From Nemertoderma westbladi (Eukaryota; Animalia; Xenacoelomorpha), in NCBI GenBank assembly GCA_032718475.1, contig JAUCBJ010005181.1:17657-81656 (forward strand): a stretch of 64,000 nt of DNA. Reading direction: 5' to 3'. The notes beneath the pieces were generated by a model. That model did not search any database. It saw nothing but the letters and a program-made list of their open reading frames with translations, and had not been told where the DNA came from. Shown here piece by piece: positions 23,036 through 36,400 of this stretch. How positions within the stretch are numbered: the stretch's first letter is position 1; every line of letters begins with the position of its first letter. The translations under genes and the position numbers were made by a program.

Positions 23036-26000
23036 ATGAAGCTGTGCGCCTCGATTGTTTTAGCTTACCTGACTGTAGCTTATGCTGCTCGTAAGTATTT
23101 GTAATATCTCTCCTGATTGTAGCTCCTTTGCCCTCTTTAAGCTGCAAAGCTTTAGGGGTAATCCTATATGTTATGTTGGACAATACCTTTATACCGGTAC
23201 ATTGTTTGGTGTATTTGTTATTGTTTTTACATAATGTATAAATAAATCTATCTATCTATCTATATATCTCCTGTATCTGTCTTACTGCCCCTGCATGCTG
23301 TATGGCCTACTATAATAATGATAAAATATAAACATAAGTTCACTTTAAAGTGTATCCATTGCACACCCGCCCACTATATACAGTAGGTCTTATAGTATAA
23401 CGATATACCAAACGAGCCCGGTCATACGTACAGAGTACACAAGTTCTCAATTGCAGTTCTCTTTGTAAATTAATGTTAAATGGTTGAGTAGCGCAATTGT
23501 ATTTCAAAGAATTCTAGAATTCTACACCCATCGGGTAAAATATAACGATTTCGGCGAGGTTCTGCAGAAATTTGTTACATAAGATTAAATGATTTCATCA
23601 TTGTTTTTAGACCAGAATCAAAGGGTTTAACCAGCTGCCAACTCTGTTTTAGTGGGCATTGGACCACCGAAATTTTGGCCATTTCAGCGTATCTAGGACT
23701 GCCTATTGCTTTTAGATGGTGAACATGAATTGGTATAAGAAGTATGTCCCTGTCAAATTGGTACTGTATATAAGACGTATGTCCATGTCCAGTCGTTACA
23801 CTGTAGCACCACCCGTCACATGAACTCACTAATTTTCTAGAGGACCAACTGCAGAGACAACTGGAAGATACTGTGGGGCGTCATGCCGATCACTGTGGTA
23901 ACGACTTTGTGGCAGCGAACTGCGATGTTCAATGTCTGTTCGGCTGGAAGCACGATGACAACAACTGCCCAACATGCGCGTGTGTTACTGAGGGAGATGA
24001 GCCCTTGTACCAGGTAATAAACTCAGAGGTTATAGGCGATGGTGCCTTATTGTAAAAAGTTATTAGGTGGCATTTTATTCTATTAATAATTAATTAACAT
24101 ACATTTTTTAAACAGAAATAGAATTAAAAGCGACTAACTTTTTTTAAATAAGACGTATAAATGTATCTCGAGAAACTCAAATTATTAATTTAACATTATA
24201 GATTTTATTTACTAGACTTAATGGCTAATCATTACTAAATCATGGCTAAAGATATTTCTAGTAGGTCATGGGCTAATGTCGTTTTTTAATTCTTATACAG
24301 TATGTACAGTAGGGCATAGGTTACAATTCGCGTATCTCAAATAATTATTAATTGTACCTACACTATTATTCCTCAGGGAGACATCAAACTGTCACCGGAT
24401 GTAAAAGAAATACTCTCAGGGAGCGAAAGAGGAACTGTAAGCAACCTCAATTTGCGATGGACAGATTACCCCGATGGAAACGGAGTTAGTTTCACATAAT
24501 TAATATAATAGAATATAATATTAGTAGGGTTGTACATACTGTATGCCTATATTTCTCCAGTTAGTTGACGAGGATCTAACTCAAATGGGCAATCGATAAA
24601 TTTATTGATGACATGTTATAACTTCATATTCGCCTGCAGGGCTTATTCAACATACAGTATTTATGGATAAAACGTAAAGTGATCGGTGAACTTGTGTAAC
24701 GCGAGAGGTAACCCGAAGGGTCCTCTCTCTTGGCTGTTACCTATAAAGCAGGGGGGGATGCCGCCACTCTACACAGTATCTCCCAAGGGCGAACACTCGG
24801 TCAACATCCAACCATTTTTTTCTTTACTGAACAAGTAGAAGCCAGGTACCCAAACCGCTGGGTTGGCGAACCTGTTACGAAAATGTAACTGGCTCGGGAT
24901 CGAACCCGAAACCTCCCAGCTAGAAGCAAAGGGAGTAACTACTTTCCTGCTAGCTGGTGAGATTGTCGTGCGTTGTGGGGTTGAAACGTTCCGCGTACAA
25001 TTATAAATATTATTTAATAGCTTATCTCTACACTATCACTAAACTGTAAATTCCCTTAATTTATTACAGTACAGGCCACCAGAAAACGCAGATTTGTACA
25101 ATTGTGAACACATTTTATCAAATGTGTACCAGTGTAATATAATGTTGTTGAACGGGACAATTGAACATAATTGAATTGGCAACAATCAAAATTTTTTCGC
25201 CAAAGGATACAATTGAATACTTTTGAAACGCTTAGTAATCTGGAAACTCTCTGTAGTTTGCCGCGAACTGTCACTCACTGCAGCTGGAAATGCGATAAGG
25301 ATTTTGTTTACCTTTATAGTGTGCGGTTAATAGTGTCTAGTAGGCAGGCCTATAGTTAGTGATGTTAAGGCATCTTCTGGTGTTTCTCTGTGCCATCTCG
25401 GTGTCAGACTAATGGCGCGACATCTCCCTGCACTAAATTAATTATTCAATGGTCTAGGCTCCTCCATCCATATACCCATCCACTCCCATACACTCCATGA
25501 ACCTCCATGTGGTCTTGTATGTAGTTCTCTCTCTACCAATACAGCCCATGTCCGCAATGTTACGCCCTGGGGGGCTCTCTCATCTACCTGATATCAGACA
25601 TACAGGCGCACCTCACACAAAGCCTTTGTCGGTCCCAACAAGTTAGCCTCATGCTGTGCTCGCCATAACCTGCCAATCAGATGACTTGAACAAATGTGTT
25701 CACATGTGATCACATTGGATGAAATCTGCTTTTTCTGGTGGCCTGTACTGTAATTATGCCAACAACAATTAAGTATTAATATCCATAACTTCCCCCTAGA
25801 ACTACAACATCCCTTACATCGTATCAACTTCCAACGGTGACGTCCACTCTGTCGTTAATGCAGCTAAGGACTGGTTCGCCGCTAATACCTGCGTCAGATT
25901 GGTACCCCGAACTAACCATCAGAATTACGTTCAAGTGATCCTATACAACGGATGCTGGTCTCAGGTACTTCAATAGTTACTAAGTTATTGCATATTTATT

Positions 26001-27443
26001 ATTGGATTTAAATGTAAATTGATTAGGCTACTCTTTGTGCTCATCTTCCTCAAAGAAAAAATGTAATACATCAATCATAAATAGCTTAAGAGCCTGGCAC
26101 CTGACCTGTAAGTAAAAACAATCACTCAATACGGTATAGCCACTGTTAATGTCAAGGCCATGCATCTTGCCGACACGCCCCTAACTTCTGCTAGCTCTAT
26201 TAAACCCTCCATCTCTCACGATCTCGAGGTTGTTACGAAAAACAGAAAGTAAGCAGACACTTATATAGTCGGGAGACGACAATACATTTTCGTGTTCTAA
26301 AAATAGACCACCATAATATAAGCAACAACTACACTGTAGTAGTTGTAGTAGGCATATAACTGTATATCGAATCCTGGCATGCCATTTGATTGATTGATTG
26401 ATTGGTTTTTTTTTTACGCCATAAATATGGAGTACTCCAGATACAAATTACATAACAAAAAAATACATATTAATACTTACATAATTGGACAGACAGTAAT
26501 ATCCATACATGTCTTTAAAATCGTAAAAGTTAATGGCATCTACTTTATTATTTTAGAATTATTTTAATGAGAAATCATTAAAATTATTGCACCAAGAACA
26601 AAAAAGTGCATATATAGTTTATGCAAGGACTTTCTCAGTTTCTTTCCAGCTTTACAATTGATAAGCTAAACTTAAAAAATTAAAAATAGAAAAACAGATA
26701 AGCTTAATTATAATCAATGAATTTGGTTATTTTCTTCGCATTTATTGTGCAAAAATATACCAGCAGCGTGTTTCTTGGAACCGCATTGACAGCTTCTCTC
26801 TCAATTAAAATAGGTGGGTCGCGTTGGGGGAGTGCAACAGCTCTCGCTAGGTTACGGTTGCCATCTATCCGGCACCGCAATCCATGAGTTCCTTCACGCT
26901 GCCGGCGTCTTCCACGAACAAAGCCGACCCGACCGTGACAACTATATCCGAATTCTCTGGAACAATATCTCCGAATCGATGAAGTTAGTTCAAATACAGT
27001 AGTGAGGGGAGGGGGGGGGGGGGGGGGGCATGGGGGCAATCAAAATTCACCCCCTTTCTCTGGGGATATTGACGCAAATACAGTAACAACAGCTGATTAC
27101 CAGAAAAATGTAGGCCTACAGTTTAACCTGTACAATTGGCTCCCGTTTATTGTTTTGGTTATAAATAACGTTTGTTTGCAAGTTATTTTAATTTTAAAAT
27201 TAAAATCATTATTATTACAGTACAGAACGTATAGCTTTGGATATTTTCAGATACAATTTCAACAAACAAGCTATTGACTCCTTGGGAAGTCCTTATGAAA
27301 CAAAATCCATTATGCACTACTACAGCGGGGCTTTCGCTACCAGTGGAAACAGCATGGTAACCATTGATGGCGGGTACATTCCTTGGAACTACAACCCAAC
27401 AGCTGAAGACGGCAGGCAGATGAAGAAATTCTACGGATGTTAA
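23036..27443 (+). CDS. Secreted astacin (M12A) metalloprotease with an antistasin-like module in the pro-region, copy 1; exons 23036-23090, 23841-24013, 24377-24484, 25800-25964, 26814-26983, 27251-27443; 287 aa
   Basis: Signal peptide MKLCASIVLAYLTVAYAA; C-x8-C-x3-C-x10-C-x2-C-x-C module; YQGDI Asp-switch motif; IPY, TCVRLVPR, GCWS; zinc motif HEFLHAAGVFHEQSRPDRD; Met-turn SIMHY. All introns are GT-AG and phase-consistent (864 nt CDS). AATAAA at 27576. Confidence 0.92.
24668..24957 (-). mobile_element. tRNA-derived SINE in astacin intron 3 (copy 1)
   Basis: tRNA-like head with B box GGTTCGATCCC at 24896-24906, ~290-bp body, T-rich tail; second copy at 47091-47381. Confidence 0.6.
25067..25750. 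mobile_element. Tc1/mariner-pogo-type MITE, 684 bp
   Basis: 20-bp perfect TIR CAGTACAGGCCACCAGAAAA with TA TSD; the empty site (single TA) is visible in copy 2 at 47489-47490. Confidence 0.92.
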
Positions 27444-28229
27444 TTCTGAGCTGAAACAGTAAAGGTGTTGGGAATATAAACTGAATGATTATCATGTGTG
27501 ATTTGGGTTTACATTTTTGTGAAATTATTATTTTTGTGGTAAATATTGTTGTTTACAATAGTAATGATTTATTCAAATAAAACTCTTACTATACTGTATA
27601 ATAATTACAAATATTTCCCGTATGAATTTTATTTCTGAAAGTTTGGTTATTTACGAATAAAGGTACAGACAGTATCTACTTTCTAACAAAACAATAAACT
27701 AAAATTTTGGAACTCAGCTTACAGTATGTTTTTACTTTTACTAATTGTTGACAACCATTGTTAAAACAAATTAATGTTAATTATCAATTAAGGGAAAGGA
27801 TCGGGTTACAGGTTATTCTAACCAAAACAATAAGCAAGAGTCGCGAACTCAGGATACATTTTCATACTTCCCATTGTTAGAAGTGGTTGTCGGCGTAGCG
27901 TTTACACACAAAATTAAATGAATAATTATATAACGGTAATAATAAATTACCCCAAAATTGTTGTAAACAATACCAATAAAAAAACCAATACATATATCCC
28001 GCGGGGTTGATAAGCACATAATTGTGTTTCTTATTTAACTTTAGTAGTTATATCTAGGTAAGAGGTTGAACTAAGAAGTAAATTGATATTAATTGGCATT
28101 TATTACAATAAATTATTACAAAACAAATACAGTACAGTACTAAATTTATTACTATATATTAATTTATTTCATTAGTGGCCGAGGATAATAATTCATTCGT
28201 AAAGTTGTCCCAGCAATAAAATTCGTAGG

Positions 28230-28430
28230 CGCGGTCAATAATTTGTACGTGTAGTCGTCGCAGCGGTTAAACTCATTTTCACGGAGGATAATTCGTACGC
28301 GGCGTCGACGCAGCGGTTAAACTCATTGTCACGGAGTATAATTCATATTCATTAAATATTCATTAAACTCCTTGCCATGCTCGATAATTCGTATGCAGAG
28401 TCGATGCACCAGTTAAACTCATCCTCACAG
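28230..28430. repeat. Diverged ~49-bp tandem repeat (3-4 copies)
   Basis: ATAATTCGTACGCGGCGTCGACGCAGCGGTTAAACTCATT-like units. Confidence 0.6.
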
Positions 28431-28701
28431 CTATGAAACATCATCAGTGAGTTAGGGCATCATCCAGAGAATATTCATAGCCTTCAAACTTCACCCCAAA
28501 GTGAAGCAAACTCGAGTTATCGTCATTAAAATAATTAGCCAATCAAGTGCCATATCTAAAGCGTCCCCTTACACTTACATGCCTTAAGAACGGACAACAG
28601 GTAGGTACCGCGGCGCTGTACTGCTGTACCGGCCGTGGTTGTTCTCGGCAAGCACTGAAGCAGTGCATACTGGCATACAGCTCGGACTGACGGTACCATA
28701 G

Positions 28702-29620
28702 GGGTCCTACTAAATACCCAACTTTACCCAACTCCACCCAACTTTACCCAACTTTACCCAATTTTACCCAACTTTTTACCCAACTTTACCCAACTTTACC
28801 ACACTTTACCCAATACCACCCAACTTCACCCAATCAATTACCCAATCCACTTTACCCAACTTTACCCAATACCACCCAACTTTCAGACTTTACCCAATCA
28901 TTTCAATCCATCAATCCATCATCAGGCCTAATCAATTAGTTCAGTAGTTAGGCCTATCTACCATATCCAATCTGCCAATGGCTGATTGGAGTGGAGGCAA
29001 GGCTGCAGAGGGAAACTTGATGCATATCTCAACCTGAATGTTAAATTCTCAATTTAGGGAAAGGAACAGGTTATAGTGGCACGTTATTCTAACCAAAACA
29101 ATAAACTAAAGTCTATTCTATAGAACATCACTACCCCGAAATGCACCCTCATACAGCCATATTGATCATTTTATTGATGTCTGCATGTGTTATGTTATGA
29201 TTATAAGTACTGGCTGACTGGAGTATGACTACTGGACTATACAGCTATAAACATGAAGCCATAGCTGCATAGGCCTACACTGATACAAACCATTCCTACT
29301 ATGACCTACTGTATTACAGCTGTACAGTCTGACAGTCTGACAGTACTGCAGTATTAAACTGCCAGACAGACTGCTGGAATGCTACTGTCAGACAGTAGGC
29401 CTACTGGTCCGGTACTGTAGTAAGTAAGTAAGCCTTCTGCTGTACTGTATTGCATCACTGGTCGGCAGATAGGTAGTTGGGTATTCGATTGGGTAAAGTT
29501 GGGTGGTATTGGGTAAAGTGGGGTAAAGTTGGGTAAAGTTGGGTAAAAAGTGGGGTAAAGTTGGGTAAGTTTGGGTAAAGTTGGGTAGATTTGGGTAAAG
29601 TTGGGTAATTAGTAGGACCG
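28702..29620. mobile_element. Foldback/Mutator-like non-autonomous element with modular TIRs
   Basis: ~140-bp TIRs starting GGTCCTACTAA and built of 10-bp ACTTTACCCA subrepeats; flanked by the direct repeat (G)GTACCATAG (9-10 bp TSD). Confidence 0.85.
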
Positions 29621-29805
29621 GTACCATAGTGCATAGTGCACGTTCCTGGCAGGAGTGCTGGATACTTAATTTCATACTCAACCGGGGCGTTCGCCATCCG
29701 GGTATTAAGGCGGATTAGTCCGTCCTCTCTCCCATCATAGGTCTCAACTGGTAGACCGGGCTATCTGGTTTCAAGGTCTTGCCTGCACTGAGCTGTTCCC
29801 ATTCG

Positions 29806-31863
29806 TCAGGGAAACTTTCCTTTTGTACGTATCTCACAATACATTTTTCGGCAATAATGAGTTCCTGTACGCTCTGCTGTCTGCAGGTATGTATAGGTAT
29901 CAGTGGTTTCTTCCTTAACCCCGCAGAGCATCCACCCCATTATGGTGCGCTCTGCGTGGAAACCATCGTCCGGCTTCACGGAACGTGCAATGTCCCCAGT
30001 AGGTATATGTAACTCCAGTGTATCGAGTCTTATAAGTAGTGTTATTCTGTAGATGTCTAATGGTGGGCATCTTAGGTCTACATCCTTCCGATCCAGTTGT
30101 ATAAGGGGTGCATATTCGGAGGATTGTCGGAATCGCACTCTAAGATCGGTGTGTACCAGGGCGTTTTTAATGGTCAGTTTCACCCTTTCATAACCTGCCA
30201 TGACCCCTTCCACGCTGAGTTGCACCTCGTCGGATTCCACTTCTTTGTGGTCCGTAATAGTTTGTATGGGCCATTTACAAGGCTCATATTCTAGGCCCAG
30301 CTGTTCCAGAAAGTCCCTGTCAATTATGGTCCCATCTGACCCATTATCCAAGAATGCAAGTGTGGTCAGGGATTTCCCAACGCCTTGGATTCTCACCGGT
30401 ATCACTTTGGCGAAAACCATATACCGCCGATTGATCAGGTTGACAGTAGCCGATATACTGGTCACAGGTGCTACGTCAGCGGTAGCCTTGAACGGGTTTG
30501 TTTCTTTCCGCTGGATCATCCGAGAGCCCTTTGAGATATGGTTAGTCTCCCCTTTCCGCTTAGATTCAATACGGAATGGTAATGTAGTAAAGTCGAAGTT
30601 TGCAGGAATGTGGAGGAGCATGTGGTGTTGTAAGTCATTACAAACCGCACAACAGGACCTCTGTTCGCACTCCCTTACGTAGTGACCTGTTCCAAGACAC
30701 CGGAAGCATCCTCGGTGTTTCATTATCGCTTCAAAGCGAGAGACTAGTTCTGCAAACTGGAACTTCCTGCAGAATTCAACCTTGTGCTTATCCCCGCAGA
30801 AGAGACACATAAGGGAGGCCGTTGTTCCTTCCCTCTCGGGCGCCCAATTTGCCAGATAGCATGCCCATTCTTCTGCTGATGTCGGTTCCTCGTAATCCTT
30901 GTCATCCGAATCCATACTCACAGGGGGAGGGTGGAATCTTGGTTTTGAAGCGGGTGCCCTGCTCCGGTAAGTGCTCTCCATCCCATCCATTTTGGAGAGA
31001 CTTTGTTTAGAAAACATTGAGTAATTCATGGCCTCTGATATATCGTCTAGGAATGCTGACATTTCGAGAAAGGTAGGATCACGATCCGGGTGTCTTCACC
31101 AGAGATCCACACATTTGTATGCCCATTTACTCTGTAGCCATCCGGGAAATTTCCGGGCGATTTGTCGAAGATTTAAGATATTATTCACCTGTTCTTCCTT
31201 ATTCAATGGTTTTAGAGTATAATAAGCATCTTTCATTGAGTCTGAAAACTCTTGAATATTCTGTGGATCCCCCAGAGATCCAGCATCTTGTATCAGTCTT
31301 TCAAGCGTCTTATTAATTATGGTTCCGACGTTACCATATCTTTTATCGAGCGTTTTCCACGCATCGTGGTACGCCTCGTGGGATCCTCCTTCAAAACATC
31401 TCACGATGTGGCGTGGTTTGTCACCAAGATACTGGGACAAATATACCAGCTTTTGCGCGTCGGTAATGTCCGTCGATCCGATTTGAGCAAAAAACCGTTT
31501 TTTAAACCCAAGGTAGTCGATGGGGTCGCCCTCAAAGGTACGTATTTCCTTCTTAGGCATAGGCAGACGGTTCTCCAGGGCTCGTATGATGCCAACATTG
31601 TCTGAACCGGAATGACTAGGAGGCTCGTAATTACAAACGCTCTCTCCCACATTTGATGGATTGACAAGAGGAGGAGTTTTAATAACGACGCGGTTACGGA
31701 GCTTCGGAGTAGACGTAAATGGGTTAGTGGATCGAGGGGTGGTGTCACGTTCCGAGTCCTTTTCAGGCTCGTACTTTGAACACTCGGTGCTGTAGGATTG
31801 GAAGTGAAATGAGGTTCCGAAATGAAACGTAGTAGTTTTCACAACGACAACAATAACCAGCAC
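29806..31863 (-). mobile_element. BEL/Pao retrotransposon gag-protease fragment (one in-frame stop, 3' truncated)
   Basis: DUF1759-type gag (FEGDPIDYLGF..QKLVYLSQYL..AWKTLDKRYG); three Cys/His knuckles (CLFC..H..C, CFRC..GH..C, CAVC..HHMLLH); protease LDNGSDGT..GWML; the two ORFs share a frame across TGA 31096-31098. Confidence 0.88.
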
Positions 31864-32514
31864 GAGTCACTCCACTTTCTGTCCCAAGGGCTTAGATTTA
31901 CTTCAGGTTCTTACTGCAGAGGTAGGGCTACTTTCACAACTGCGACTAGCTACTGTAAACACACTTTAGTAGCAACATTCACCTATAAACGCACAAATTT
32001 CACACAATTGTCACAAATTGTACACATTCGGGCCATTTGTCCATTAGTCAAGTGCCTTCCAGAATGCCACGTTATTATTATGTATCCTTGGATACTAGCA
32101 GTGCGCTATTTATTCCGTATGCTATTCAATGGGGCAAGCTTTCTATTGTTCTTTTAACTCACTTCTAATTCTAGCGTGGTTGTTGCTATGGTGACATTAT
32201 GGGAAGCTAGCAGTAGAATTAGGGTAATTCTCATGCATACAGATCTGGGATGCTATTTAATAGTAATTCTTTAATTGTCAATATTCCCCCTTATACATGA
32301 TTTTATGAATTTTATCGGCTATTGACTATATATTGGAGATTCTCGCACACTAATATACTTAATAGGGTGAATCTCCGCTCCCATGATCTATTAATTAATA
32401 GAATTTTGGGAATGTTATAAATTGCATAAAATGACAATTTATCAAATTCATGAAAGAATATGAATTTAAAATTATTCCCGTAAATTTTATTATTTAATAT
32501 TAAAATAGACACAA

Positions 32515-32900
32515 TTTTATTCCAGAACATGTCTGGGGACTGAGATCCTTGAATCTAGGAAATTTGTCCTTTTAAGAGTATCGGTAAGTGCTACGATATC
32601 TTAATCAACTAGAATTTTAAAGGATCTAAATTTTAACAGATTTTGATTTATAAATTTTCTTGGTTTACAAACTCCTTAGAGTTTATTTGTATGCATTTAC
32701 TCTATTATAACATTTGTTTTAATAGATTTTTTTTATAAATATTAACTATGTAATATTTAAGATGGGCACCGATTTATTCCAGAACTTGTCTGGGGACGTT
32801 AACCACTGATTCTAGAATTTTGTCTTTCAAGTATATCGGTGGGTGCCACGATATCTTAATCGACTAGAATTACAGATGGTCAAAGGGTTTAACAGATTTA
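32515..32900. repeat. Two diverged ~130-bp direct repeats in non-coding retroelement sequence
   Basis: TTTATTCCAGAAC(A/T)TGTCTGGGGAC...CGATATCTTAATC(A/G)ACTAGAATT...TTTAACAGATTT at ~32515 and ~32773. Confidence 0.65.
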
Positions 32901-33404
32901 TTTGCGTTGTACGCTACTGTTAAGGGACATCACACTACTATATGTATTATTTAATATACGGTATGAGAGCAATATTGCAAGAAGCAATGTCAGTGAGAAG
33001 AGGCAAGTCGTTTCCAAGGTCTACCCAGAGCTTGGTTTAGCCAAGACACGAGGATCTGAACTTTGCATTCCTAATACTCTACTTACCAATAATACTTGAG
33101 TATAGTAGGAGCTTTATTGTACTTTAATAAGTACGGATATTTCATCTTACTGTAGTCACGCATTTATAATATGATACGGACAGTAAGGAAAGAGAAAAAA
33201 GAATTATTTCTCGCCGTTGCACTAAATATATAATATAAGTAATTAAGTAATAAACACGAGTATATATTGCACTAATTCTACTAAATAATCACTAAAATAA
33301 CATTCTACTAAATAAAATTAAAGAAAATGATTATTATAAAATTACATAATAATACATACTTAAATATAAAAATAATAAAAACGAATATAAAATAATATAG
33401 TCAC

Positions 33405-36400
33405 ACACCCACTCCAGACACTGTTACGTTGGGGAGTCCCTAAATGTTTGTTGGATTAGGGAGGTGGTCGTGGGAAGAGTATCTTGCCTTCCATAGTTTC
33501 CGGACAGTTCTCTGTCTCTTTCCAGTAAACATAAACGACCAACTGGGCGATTGAGCTGCTGTGTCTCGAAGACAATTCCCGGTTTCTTAAAGTTACGTCG
33601 CATGACGACGAGTTCTACCGATCGCACCAAACCATCATCCGAGATATGAGTCTCGATGATACGACCTATCTGCCACCGCTCTAGGTGAGAGTCCCTGCGA
33701 GACGTCTGGTGTTCCAGATTTCCAGTCTCTCTCTCTGATTTCCACGACAGGCTTATTTGTGGTGGGGGAGTTTAGATCCACAGCGTCGTCCCCGGAAATG
33801 TGTAGTACAGACAGATCTATCACGGGTTTAAATAACTTTGATTTACTCGTCCGGGTTTTAGGTTTGACTTTCTCCGCTCCCTTGGCTTGTCTAATCTCAG
33901 CCGTGGTAAGATGAGGAGCCATTCATCTTCTTCTTTACTTAGGAAGTCGGGTCCACCTAACCAGTCCGGAGTATCTATCAGTTCTTGAGGAGTTGCTCCT
34001 CTGGAGGCGATGTCGGCTGGATTAATCATCCCAGGGCAATGTCTCCATTGATCTACCTTAGTGCGACTAAGTATAATGGCTACTCTGTTGGTAACGAAGA
34101 CGCTGAACTGACAGACTTCATTGGTTATATACTCCAAAACGAGTAAAGCATCAGTCCAATAGACAGTTTTCTCCAGTGGATAGTCGATCTGTTCTGTTAC
34201 ATTCCGGCCGATGGCTGTAGCGTATAGAGCCACCTTTAACTCCGCTCGAGGAACTCGTAGTTTGTTGTTTACCAAGGCCTTAGAAGTAACCAAGGCGACT
34301 TTAATTCCATCCGGAGTTTCAACTCTCAAGTAGGCTACTATACCTATTCCCATATTGCTGACGTCTCCAAACACATGGAGTTGATAGGAATACGTGGGGA
34401 GAACGTGACCAAAATAGGAACGGGAAATCGTAAAGTTCTCGATGGATGGCAGAGAATCTTCCCATTTCATCCACTTCTTTAGCAGTTCTCCCTTAAGTGG
34501 ATCGTCCCACGAGTGGTTTTCAAGCCACATTTGTTGCACTAAGCTCCGAGCAACCAATATAACTGGGCTAATAAATCCCAATGGATCAAAATAAGTGCTC
34601 AGGATACTTAGACAAATCCATTTAGTTCGAATTGGATTATCTCGCTGTTTTAGCTGGAAAAACAGGATATCTCTCTCCGTGTCCCATTTCAAACCAAGCG
34701 TCTTGGTTTCTGGAAGATCGTCTTTGATTAGGTCCAGGTCTTTAACTCCTCGGTCTTCTACCGGGATCGATTCCAGAAACTCACGGGAGTTACTTGTGAA
34801 TTTAGTTAGTCGAAATCCACCACGTTTCAAACACTCTACCATTCCCTTGGCAACATCAATGGCTTCTTCCACCGATGGGAGGGACTTTAAATTATCGTCC
34901 ATGTATATATCCCGTTTGATGTTGTCGATAACCGCTTTAGAGAAGGCGTCTCGGTTGTCATCAGCAGTGGTGCGCACTACTGAACAGGCGTTCGAGGGGC
35001 TCGAGATGATCCCAAAAGCCTGGATGGTCATCCAGTACTCCACCGGTTTTTGATTGAGGTCTCCTTCAGGCCACCACAGAAATCGTAGGCTGTCTCGATC
35101 CCTATCCAGCGCCTTAACTTGTAAGAACATGCCTTCTATATCCGAGGCGAAGGCGATCGAATATTGCCGTAATCTTAAGAGTATTCCCAACAAGGATTGG
35201 AGTAAGTTGGGTCCCGGCAACAACTCAGAGTTAAGGGATTGGCCCATGTAAAGGGCGGAGCCGTCAAATACTACCCGAACTTCGTTGGGTTTACCGGGTT
35301 TGGGAACGTAATGATGGGTTAGATAATACGTTCTCTCAGTTATGGGTGTTTCTTCTGGTACTCGCTCCGCATATCCCTTATCGATGAATTTCTTCAGCTG
35401 GGTCTTGTACATCTCTTTAGCTGAAGCATTTGCCGTAAGGCGCCGATGTAGTTGCGCGATTCTCTTCTCCGCCAAAGGTCGGTTATTTATAAAGTTGGGT
35501 TCTCGCCTTCGGAATGGCAGACCAATCTCATACCTCCCTTGATCTCTAAGGAAACGTGTAGTCGTTTCCTGGATCTGCTTGGCTCTTTCCTCCTCGACCG
35601 ATAGTGCTTTGTCGTAGGAATTAGGCTCTACAGCTTCTTGAGTAAAGAATCGTACGGCGTGTTCGTCGCGAATCTTAGCGTTGTGTCGAGTTTGCACTTG
35701 GTGCACTTGGTTTCTCCAAGCTTCACTTTCAGTGAGGAGGTCGATTGTATTTTCCTCGTCAAATAATTGGGTAATATCGTCGTTATCTGAGGAGTATGGT
35801 GTTCCCTCAGGTGTGATTTCTCCCTCACTGATTTCTTCTTCCCATTCACTCACCTGATGTATTTGTTCAGTGGGTAATCTTTCCATGAGCGTTCTACGGG
35901 AAGGTCCAGTGAAGTACCAACCTACTCTAGTTCTTCCCGCATAGGTTTGCAATGGTTGCGGTCGAGCAGGTCGTTTCTCTAATGTCTCAAGCGCCTCATG
36001 CGCATTTTGGCCAATCAATATTTGCACCCATGGGTAGTCGGTGTTGAATCTAGGGATATTATGTTGCTGGGTAAAATCGTCTTCATCCCAGTTGTAAGGT
36101 TCTACTTGGCTGGTAGCAAAGTTCTTTATCGCCACCATTTTTACTGACCTTATGCTGTGTTCTCCTAGTTCGTCTTGGGGAGTGGACAACGCGCCTACAT
36201 AGTAGTCTGTAGCTACTGTAGATTTCCAAACCTGCATAATTCCTGAAAGGTTCAACTTAGTTCGGAACTTGGGTTGTCCAGCAAAGATGTCTTCGGCTAG
36301 TTCTTTGTCGATGAATGTTCCTGTGCTGCCGGAGTCCAGGAGGGCGTTGACTATAAAACTCTTACCTAATCCGTGGACTCTTAGCTGAACTACGGGGAAT

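Larger units (their letters stand above)
22685..27745 (+). repeat. Segmental duplication, copy 1 (matches 45203-49500)
   Basis: Colinear near-identity from AACATAGTTGTGTGGC to TTTTACTAAT, differing by SNPs and indels. Confidence 0.93.
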
